Shown: positions 56,562 through 64,000 of the stretch, piece after piece | How positions within the stretch are numbered: the first letter of the stretch is position 1 | How the letters are laid out: every line of letters starts with the position of its first letter | NCBI GenBank assembly: GCA_942492765.1 | Contig: OW818634.1 | Span: 729,159-793,158 of the forward strand | Reading direction: 5' to 3' | Length of the DNA: 64,000 nucleotides | Source: an uncultured bacterium | GTDB taxonomy: Bacteria; Patescibacteriota; Patescibacteriia; Patescibacteriales; UBA12465 | Program-made: the position numbers and the translations under genes | The notes under the pieces: model-generated | Database searches by the model: none | Told to the model about the DNA's origin: nothing | The model's input: the letters and a program-made list of their open reading frames with translations, nothing else

Positions 56562-58940
56562 ATGTTTTCCGATCAGTCTACCATCCTTTCGTCGGAGCTG
56601 GAATCATCTGCCGGAGCTCCGGCGCCCGAGTCTTCTTCGCCGACGCCGAGCAGGAAGATAATTATTATGGTCGCTTTCGGAGCAGCGGCCATCCTCTTGC
56701 TTGTCGGCGCTTTTTTCATGGTTAAAAGATTTATTCTTCCCAGGAACGAAGCGCCGGCGCTAGAAACGGAAATCGTCGCGACGACGACGGAAATTTCCGG
56801 AATACCGGCTGCCTTGCCCGGACTGAACGTTCCAGAAACGGCGACGACCACGGTCGCGACCTCGTCTTTCTCGAATCTGGCCATCGAATATCTCTCTTTT
56901 GCTGACTTCTATAAGACTCCGGATAACGCCGTTACCCCTAAGCTGAATGACTATAGGCTGCCGCTCAATATCAAGATCGACGTGATGAATTATTATGACG
57001 TCTCCCGAAAATTAAGCTTAGACCCGGCGCTAGAAAAACTTAATACTCAAGGCTTTGCGGTTATTGATAATCCTTCGTCTAAGGACATCGTTGATTTTTA
57101 CTCCGCCTATTCCTTCCTAGACTCCAAGCAGCTGCCGCTGCTCATCACTTCTGATTTTATGATCTATTATTATCAGAATGTCTTGAAAAAAGCCTTTAAG
57201 GACGTAGAAGAGAATGTCTTCTATGATAATCTCTGGGATATAAATAAGGAGTTATACGCCGCCGCCAAGAGCCGTTATGAAGAGCGTTTGGCCGCTATCG
57301 GCAATATCAATGATTCCGTCCTCGAAGGGGAGCGCCTAGAGGTCGCTTTCTTTGCTACCGCTCTCGAGCTATTAAAGCCGACAGTTGAGCAGGCCAAGAG
57401 CGGCCAGTCTAATCCCGTAGCCGGATCTTTCACTTCAGCCGATACCGATCGCTTCTATTTTGTTACGCCACCCTATCTTAAAGATGATGTCCTGGCAGAA
57501 GTTAAGCTGATCCGCGATGCCAAGGTCAAGCTTAAATCCCCAGTCCTGCTTTACGACCGCGATTATACAAGCTTTTCAGTCCCGTTCGACTATAAGGCGA
57601 ACGCTAAGCTGAATAATTTTTACCTGACGACTGCTTGGCTCAACTCGGTCTTTCCACTCAACTATCGGGGCAAGGATTGCGCTAATTGCTTATTGGATGC
57701 GGCCGACTGGCGGGTTAACATGATAGCGGTCAGCTTCATCGCTAAGGATTTTTCTGAACTGCCGGGACTGAAGAATAAATGGGCGCGCATCTATAAGGTC
57801 ATGTCCTTCTTTAAAGGACTGCGCGAGGATCTTAATTATGTCCATTATCGCGACTCTTTGATTGCCGCTTTCGGCGCCGATTATAAGATCGAGGAACTTT
57901 TTGCCGATTCTAATAAGAGCGCGTCCGCCAATCTGGAAAAATTGCGCTCTAAAGTTCTAGCTTATGACTTCGCGGAGATAAACGGCGCCTTGAGCAAGAA
58001 GGACGCAAGCTTGAAGCCCAGGCTCGGCCTCAAGCCTCTGGCCGAATCTTATTGGCCGAATAATTATATCTTCTCCCGCCTGACATCACCAGCGGCCGGT
58101 TCTTTCAATGCGACTACTACTGCTAGCAATGATATTACGACTTGTTTGGATAATAAAGTCTATAAGCGCTGTAATGGCTTCGCTCTCGATATCGTCAACC
58201 TGGCTTATCCAATCGGCAATAATAATTATTTCAATATCAACACTAATTTCTCCGGCTATAGCAAAGCTGCCAGCGGCTTGCAGGCGGAGCTGGTGAAGAG
58301 TAATATCTGGCATACTAATAATTATTGGGCGAACTTGAGCGCCATGAAAGCGCTGCTGACGATTAATCGGGAAAACCTGCCGCTTTTCACCCGTTCCTCA
58401 GCTTGGCAGGATAAGTCCATCCGGACGGCGGCGAGCGCTTGGATAAACCTGCAATTGCCTATGGATAAGTTTTCTACTGGGGCGAGCGTCAAGAGCGCAG
58501 GACTTAATAACGCAGCGCGCTGGAATGAGAATTCTTATGTCGAGCCGAACCTTGATCTTATCAATGAGCTGATAGCTAACATCTCTATGGTTTCCCAGAT
58601 GTTTTCCGCTCTGCAATTAGATACTGAAGTGCGCGTCGCTTTCCAAGATATCAAGGATTTTGCTAGCAGCCTGGAAGAGATGAGGGCAATTACTCTTAAG
58701 GAATTAACTGGTGAAGAGTTGAACGCCGCTGATAATGAAGCGATTGCCGATTTTGCCAAGCAGTTTAAGACGACAGCCGCCTCGGCTAAGGAGAAGCAGT
58801 TGTCTATCAAGCTGCCGCAACAAAAAACCGCCTTAAAAGAAGATTTAAGCCGGTTGAAATTATTATTGATTATCCATCAGGAAGGGGAGAATAAGATATT
58901 TTCCGTCGGTCCGGTCTGGGATTACCAAGAGAGCCGCTAG
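56562..58940 (+). CDS. Large membrane-anchored extracytoplasmic protein of unknown function
   Basis: 792 aa with one N-terminal TM helix (IIIMVAFGAAAILLLVGAFFMV). No motif recognised with confidence. Confidence 0.5.
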   Translation: MFSDQSTILSSELESSAGAPAPESSSPTPSRKIIIMVAFGAAAILLLVGAFFMVKRFILPRNEAPALETEIVATTTEISGIPAALPGLNVPETATTTVATSSFSNLAIEYLSFADFYKTPDNAVTPKLNDYRLPLNIKIDVMNYYDVSRKLSLDPALEKLNTQGFAVIDNPSSKDIVDFYSAYSFLDSKQLPLLITSDFMIYYYQNVLKKAFKDVEENVFYDNLWDINKELYAAAKSRYEERLAAIGNINDSVLEGERLEVAFFATALELLKPTVEQAKSGQSNPVAGSFTSADTDRFYFVTPPYLKDDVLAEVKLIRDAKVKLKSPVLLYDRDYTSFSVPFDYKANAKLNNFYLTTAWLNSVFPLNYRGKDCANCLLDAADWRVNMIAVSFIAKDFSELPGLKNKWARIYKVMSFFKGLREDLNYVHYRDSLIAAFGADYKIEELFADSNKSASANLEKLRSKVLAYDFAEINGALSKKDASLKPRLGLKPLAESYWPNNYIFSRLTSPAAGSFNATTTASNDITTCLDNKVYKRCNGFALDIVNLAYPIGNNNYFNINTNFSGYSKAASGLQAELVKSNIWHTNNYWANLSAMKALLTINRENLPLFTRSSAWQDKSIRTAASAWINLQLPMDKFSTGASVKSAGLNNAARWNENSYVEPNLDLINELIANISMVSQMFSALQLDTEVRVAFQDIKDFASSLEEMRAITLKELTGEELNAADNEAIADFAKQFKTTAASAKEKQLSIKLPQQKTALKEDLSRLKLLLIIHQEGENKIFSVGPVWDYQESR

Positions 58941-58958
58941 CGGCTCCGAGGCTATCTC

Positions 58959-60926
58959 TTAGCGCTGGTATTTGAAGATATAGACTTCGTTATTTATCGT
59001 CCACCACTTATCGGCTGCCAGCTTAGCTTCATTGATGACGCGGCCGCTCTGATACCAATACTTATTTATAGCCAGATAGCCGATATCGACTCCGGCCAGA
59101 TCCAGGGCATTCAGCATGCTCTCTCGGCCGGGGTTTTTATATACCATTTCTAGATAATATCGGTATAAGGGACTGCCGGTCGGAATCGGATAGAAATAAA
59201 GTTCGCCAGCGCTAGTCTGATAATAATGATCAAAGCCGAAAGAGCGCAGAGCAGCAGCCGAGACTTGCTGGTTTGCTAAAGCGATATAAGGCGCGCGCGC
59301 TTCCAGGTTGATCGATTTGACAGCAGCAACGTCGTTAGCGCTCGTGCTATAGCCGCGGCTATTGAAATATTTGTCAAAGCGCGGATAGGAGATGTAAAGG
59401 CTAGCGCTGAGAACGCCGAGGCCGAAAATTAGCCAGACCAAGCGGATAATTATCCTCTCTTCTAGGATGCGGCTGATCAGCCTGGCTAGAATCAGGGCGA
59501 TAGCGGGCAAGCAGAATATCATGATCGCGACCGGAATGCGGTTGGCAAAACCGGATTGTTCATAATTGATGATATTATCGAAGATTATCTGCCCGCTCAA
59601 GAAATAGGCGAATAGCAGAGCGGAGGAGATAAAAATAAAACTGCGATCAAGCGCGCGCCTCGTCTGCCATAATGCCGCCGCGATAACCAGAATGATGATC
59701 AGATGGAAATTATTGGCTATGAGGTAGATAAAATTAGAGATAACATCTTCGCGTCCGGCGCCGTTCAGGGTTCCAATAAGATTCGTGACCGAAGCTAAAA
59801 ATAATCTGCCGCTGCCGATATTCTTAAAATTAGACCCAGAAGAGATGAAGAGGGCGACCGGGATGGATAGGGCGGTAAATAGCCAGATGGCTGCCTGGAT
59901 TATTTTTTGCGCGCCCACTTTGATTCGATCCTCATAGCGGTTAAGCGCGACGAGAGCTGTTAGTGCGATGGCGGGCAGACCGGATAGGGGATGGATAGCG
60001 GCCGAAGCTAAAGACAATATTAGGACGCGTCCGAGATTATCCTGGCTGGCAGCTGATAAGACGGCTAAAACCAAGAAAAGGTAGCTCAGGTTCTGGGGTG
60101 TCGTCGCTATGAAAGGAGAGAAGCCTAAAGCTAGTAGGAATAGGATAGTTAAGAGTGCGGCGGACGAAGACTCCGTCCGTTTTTTTAAGAAGCCGAATAA
60201 GGCAGAGGGGAGGAATAGGGCAGCCAGGAAAGGAACGAGAAATCTATTGATTACTTGGATGGTTAAGCCGCTGATTTTGGAGAGAATTATGATCAAGCTA
60301 TATTCGCCTAGATAATAAGGCGTCTTCGGCAGGATCAGGCCCTTGGCAGCAATGATTTCCATGGTCGCTTGATGGATGAAGGGGTCGAAGCCGTAGCCGA
60401 TCTTATAGACGATAGCGGCGGCGCTGAAGGATAAGAAGTAATGGATAGAAACTAATGTCAGCTTCAGACCGGATCTAACCTTAGCCCTAGCTAACAGGAG
60501 ACTCAGGATCAGCGAGCCTAGAGCGTATAGCCAGAAGAAATCATGATTTATGACCTGCCAGGGAGAGATGAGAGCGCGGTCGCTTCTAGCCGCGTAGAAT
60601 CTATAAAAGGCCGTGATTGTCAGGGCTAGATACCCGATAATCAAGGTTAGGTTTATTTTATTTAATATTAGGTAATTTATTAAAGACTTTGAATTTTTAC
60701 CAATATCAGTCTCGGCATCAGCCTCCTTTAGAGAAAAGATATTTTTTATCCAAAAAAAGCTAAAAAATGTCAAAACTAAAGTTAAGATAATTCCGAGCGT
60801 GGTTAGCGCGTAAAAATAATAAATTAACGCCCCCCAGATGATGACTAGGGAGCTTAAAAGCAAACCTTTGTTCATATGCTTTAATGATAGCAAATTCTTG
60901 CTAAAATTGGCAATTTCGGATAACAT
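58959..60926 (-). CDS. Polytopic membrane protein with a C-terminal soluble domain (possible glycosyltransferase-C-like)
   Basis: 655 aa with at least 12 hydrophobic segments followed by a roughly 130-aa hydrophilic C-terminus. Divergent from the GT39-like gene. Confidence 0.45.
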   Translation of the reverse strand: MLSEIANFSKNLLSLKHMNKGLLLSSLVIIWGALIYYFYALTTLGIILTLVLTFFSFFWIKNIFSLKEADAETDIGKNSKSLINYLILNKINLTLIIGYLALTITAFYRFYAARSDRALISPWQVINHDFFWLYALGSLILSLLLARAKVRSGLKLTLVSIHYFLSFSAAAIVYKIGYGFDPFIHQATMEIIAAKGLILPKTPYYLGEYSLIIILSKISGLTIQVINRFLVPFLAALFLPSALFGFLKKRTESSSAALLTILFLLALGFSPFIATTPQNLSYLFLVLAVLSAASQDNLGRVLILSLASAAIHPLSGLPAIALTALVALNRYEDRIKVGAQKIIQAAIWLFTALSIPVALFISSGSNFKNIGSGRLFLASVTNLIGTLNGAGREDVISNFIYLIANNFHLIIILVIAAALWQTRRALDRSFIFISSALLFAYFLSGQIIFDNIINYEQSGFANRIPVAIMIFCLPAIALILARLISRILEERIIIRLVWLIFGLGVLSASLYISYPRFDKYFNSRGYSTSANDVAAVKSINLEARAPYIALANQQVSAAALRSFGFDHYYQTSAGELYFYPIPTGSPLYRYYLEMVYKNPGRESMLNALDLAGVDIGYLAINKYWYQSGRVINEAKLAADKWWTINNEVYIFKYQR

Positions 60927-60961
60927 TAAAAAAGAAATACTTCGCCCGTAGCGCTAAAAAA

Positions 60962-62734
60962 ATGTTTTTCAAAAAGCACCTCAATCTAATAATCGTCGGC
61001 TTATTGGCGTTAGCCTTTTTCATGGCGACCGCTAGTTTTAATTATTTGAGCCAGGAGCCGGATTACGTGAAATGGTCATCTCCTGATGAAACCGCTAATT
61101 ATTTCTTCACTAAGAATTTCGCTTTGACCGGTGAATTGGCAGTTTTTGATCGGGCTAATCTGCGCGGTGACAATATGGTCATCCCGCGCAGCGTCAGGTG
61201 CGATAGCGGTTTTATGAAACCGGTGAGCTTCTTGGGCATCACTCTTATCTATGGCACTATTGCCGCCGCGACCGATATCGCCGTCATTCCGTATCTGACT
61301 CCGATTTTTGCCGCCCTAGGCATCCTCCTCTTTTATCTGATTATCCGGCGCCTTTTTTCCGAACGCGTCGGTCTGTGGTCGGCTTTCTTATTAGCGTCTT
61401 TTCCGGTCTATATCTATTATACGGTTCGGAGCATGTTCCATAATATCTTGTTCGTCGTCCTGCTCTTAGCCGGATTATATTTATTCTTGCTGGCTTTGGG
61501 AGAAAAGAGAGAAAAGATAAAGACTGCTTTTCTGACTTGGAAATTGTCATGCCGAACTTGGCTGGAATGCCTAGCCGCGCTCGCTTCCGGCCTCTTCATG
61601 GGGTTAGCCGTTATCACGCGCACCTCGGAGGCTCTCTGGCTCCTGCCATCGCTGTTTATCATCTGGATATTTTATGCGCGCCGGTATGGTCTGATGAAGA
61701 CGGTCTTATCCATCGTCGGCTTTTCTCTGCCATTGCTTTTGGTCGCTTATCTTAATCAGATATTATACGGCTCCTTCTGGTATGGCGGCTATAATGAGAT
61801 GAATCGGTCCTTAGAGGATATCGCCCGCACCGGCGGCGAGATATTCAGATTCAGCTGGGGTTTAGATAATCTTGTCTATTATCGCGATTATCTCTTGAAG
61901 ATATTTAAGAATATCTTTTATTTCGGCTTCAATCCGGAGCAATCAAGGTCGATGTTTATCAATTATGTTATCAAGATGTTTCCGGCTTTGTTTTATGCGG
62001 GTCTATCCGGAATATTGCTCCTGATAGTCCAGAATTGCCGCCGTTTCCAGAAGAAATATCTGGTCTATGTCTTGGTCTGGCTATCTCTGAGCGCTTTTCT
62101 CGTGGTCTATTATGGCAGCTGGAAGTTTAACGATAATCCAGATTTAGCGCACTACACTATCGGCAATTCTTATACCCGCTATTGGCTGCCATTCTATCTA
62201 GGTCTAATACCTTTAGCTGCGTTAACTCTTGTGCGCATATCGCGAACTCTGCTGCTGATGAGCGCTAAGACTACGGGGCGCATCAGGCGGATGATCGCCA
62301 CCGGCCTGCAAGCGGCCGTTATCCTGGTCTTGGCCGCTATTTCTATCATCTTCGTGCTTTACGGTTCAGAAGAAGGCTTGGCTTATCTGTATTATAATAA
62401 TCAAGCCGAGGAGTTCAATACTAGGCAGGTCTGGGCGCTGACTGATCCGGAAGGAATAGTCATTACCAGGTATTATGATAAGTTTTTTTGGCCGGAACGG
62501 CGCGTTATCATGGGCACTCTTCCTGACGACGGCATCCTGAAAGCCGCCGTAAAATTAGTCCATTATTATCCGGTCTATTATTATAATTTTTACCTAAAGC
62601 CCGCTGACGTCAATTATCTCAATCAGAATAAATTCTCTCCTTACGGGCTGATGATGAAAGAAGTGAAGAAAGTGAATGCGAAGTTCGGTTTATATAAGTT
62701 AGAGTTAGGGACTAGCACTGTCCCGGTAAAGTAA
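60962..62734 (+). CDS. ArnT/PMT-like (GT-C, family 39/83-type) membrane glycosyltransferase
   Basis: 590 aa polytopic protein. The N-terminal loop SSPDETANYFF (Asp/Glu in the first extracytoplasmic loop) is as in GT-C enzymes. Confidence 0.55.
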   Translation: MFFKKHLNLIIVGLLALAFFMATASFNYLSQEPDYVKWSSPDETANYFFTKNFALTGELAVFDRANLRGDNMVIPRSVRCDSGFMKPVSFLGITLIYGTIAAATDIAVIPYLTPIFAALGILLFYLIIRRLFSERVGLWSAFLLASFPVYIYYTVRSMFHNILFVVLLLAGLYLFLLALGEKREKIKTAFLTWKLSCRTWLECLAALASGLFMGLAVITRTSEALWLLPSLFIIWIFYARRYGLMKTVLSIVGFSLPLLLVAYLNQILYGSFWYGGYNEMNRSLEDIARTGGEIFRFSWGLDNLVYYRDYLLKIFKNIFYFGFNPEQSRSMFINYVIKMFPALFYAGLSGILLLIVQNCRRFQKKYLVYVLVWLSLSAFLVVYYGSWKFNDNPDLAHYTIGNSYTRYWLPFYLGLIPLAALTLVRISRTLLLMSAKTTGRIRRMIATGLQAAVILVLAAISIIFVLYGSEEGLAYLYYNNQAEEFNTRQVWALTDPEGIVITRYYDKFFWPERRVIMGTLPDDGILKAAVKLVHYYPVYYYNFYLKPADVNYLNQNKFSPYGLMMKEVKKVNAKFGLYKLELGTSTVPVK

Positions 62735-62736
62735 AT

Positions 62737-64000
62737 ATGAAACATAATAAGACTTATCACATAATAACCATCGGCTGCCAGATGAACAAAGTCGACAGCG
62801 AGCGCCTGGCGGCTTTTTTGGAATCTGAGGGTTATAAATCCAGTCCAGATTTCAAGCGCGCCGGCGTCGTCATCATCAATACTTGCGGCATCCGCCAGAT
62901 GGCCGAGGATCGCGTCTACGGCCTAGTCAATCAGATCAAGAAATTCAATCCGAATTCGAAAGTAGTCATTGCCGGCTGCCTGAGTAAGCGCACGGATGTG
63001 AAGAAGCGCTTAGACGGAAGAGCAGATGTATTCTTGCCTATCAGCGAAATGCTGCGTTTGCCGGAATTATTAGGCGGAGAAGAATTCCAGCCGCTTTTCA
63101 GCCTGGATGAAGTGCGTTTGGAGAAAGGAGAAAAATATTTAGATATAAAGCCGAAGCATGAAAGTAAATTCACTGCCTATATACCGATCGGCAACGGCTG
63201 TAATAATTTCTGTTCCTATTGCGTCGTGCCCTATGCGCGCGGGCGGGAAGTCTATCGCCGTGCGGCCGATATCTTGAAAGAAGCGCGCGGCCTCATCAAG
63301 CAGGGTTATAAGGAGATAGTCCTTATCGCTCAGAACGTCAATAGTTATCATGACGATGAGATGAAATTCCCCGAACTCCTAGAGAAGATCATCAAGATTC
63401 CAGGAAAATTCTGGATCCGTTTCTCATCTAGCCACCCGAAAGATATGTCTGACGATCTGATAAGAGTTATTGGATCGTCTCCCAAAGTTTGTCCGCATTT
63501 GCATCTAGCGGTCCAATCCGGCGATGATCAGGTCTTAAAGGCGATGAATCGCGGCTATACCGCGAAGCATTATCAGGGTCTCATTAAGAAAGTCCGCGCG
63601 GCCAAGCCGGGCATCGCGATTACGACCGACGTCATTGTCGGTTTTGCGGGAGAGACCAAGGCGCAATTCCTAAATACCGTAAAATTATTCAAGGCGGTCA
63701 ATTTTGATCTGGCCTATATCGCCCAGTATAGCCCGCGCCCGGGCACAGTTTCATATAATAAGATGAAAGATAATGTCAGCCCGGCCGAAAAGAAGCGCCG
63801 CGCTGAAGTTATCAACGAAATCTTAAAAGTGACAGCAGCGAAGAATAACCAGTCGCATCTGGGAGAGATAATGGAAGTGCTCGTCGAAGGGAAGAATAAG
63901 CGCGGAAAATATTATGGCAAGACCGGCAGCTATCAGACCGTGCTTATCAATGTGGATAAAAAGCAGAAAGATAGCTTGATTGGAAATTTTGTCGGAGTGA
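62737..64000 (+). CDS. miaB: tRNA methylthiotransferase MiaB (3' end beyond the window)
   Basis: ATG at 62737 and open to the window end. It has the UPF0004 Cys triad (GCQMN, NTCGIR, AGC) and the radical-SAM motif CNNFCSYCVVPYARGRE. Confidence 0.9.
   Translation, partial: MKHNKTYHIITIGCQMNKVDSERLAAFLESEGYKSSPDFKRAGVVIINTCGIRQMAEDRVYGLVNQIKKFNPNSKVVIAGCLSKRTDVKKRLDGRADVFLPISEMLRLPELLGGEEFQPLFSLDEVRLEKGEKYLDIKPKHESKFTAYIPIGNGCNNFCSYCVVPYARGREVYRRAADILKEARGLIKQGYKEIVLIAQNVNSYHDDEMKFPELLEKIIKIPGKFWIRFSSSHPKDMSDDLIRVIGSSPKVCPHLHLAVQSGDDQVLKAMNRGYTAKHYQGLIKKVRAAKPGIAITTDVIVGFAGETKAQFLNTVKLFKAVNFDLAYIAQYSPRPGTVSYNKMKDNVSPAEKKRRAEVINEILKVTAAKNNQSHLGEIMEVLVEGKNKRGKYYGKTGSYQTVLINVDKKQKDSLIGNFVGV

Overview
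This is a 64-kb chromosomal window that looks like a small-genome, Patescibacteria/CPR-type bacterium. That attribution is an inference from gene content: TSP3-repeat surface proteins, shortened HrcA and AtpH, and a class III RNR operon. The standard genetic code gives full-length conserved proteins. Genes are densely packed, mostly on the plus strand, and mostly housekeeping: clpP, secDF, an O-antigen-ligase/GT2 glycosylation block, a prepilin peptidase, ftsA-ftsZ and an NrdR-controlled nrdR-nrdD-nrdG operon. They continue with a TraD/VirD4-like ATPase plus a DnaQ-like exonuclease, ftsEX, a LexA-like repressor, mgtA and PBP2. There is also a CIRCE-controlled hrcA-grpE-hsp20-dnaK-dnaJ heat-shock cluster, tatD, a complete F1Fo ATP synthase operon, uppP, mltG, large envelope membrane proteins and the 5' part of miaB. 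Three tRNAs are present (Thr-CGT, Gly-CCC, Gln-TTG). No rRNA, CRISPR array, transposase or integrase was seen.

The most unusual observations are:
1. nrdD stops just before the glycyl-radical loop, and that loop is encoded by a separate in-frame 45-codon ORF.
2. A markedly AT-rich island (about 32.5-36.45 kb) between mgtA and PBP2 carries a stand-alone OLD-family ATPase/TOPRIM nuclease and two orphan genes. This is the best candidate for an accessory or defence locus.
3. Two divergent paralogous orphan genes, each a separate transcription unit, sit between ftsZ and nrdR.
4. A 50-aa peptide is built of CCSK(H/Q)D(D/E) heptads.
5. GrpE carries an N-terminal DUF1653-like domain.
6. Several long perfect inverted repeats occur, one inside nrdG and one in the 5' leader of an orphan gene next to the heat-shock operon.
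7. No called CDS ends in TGA.
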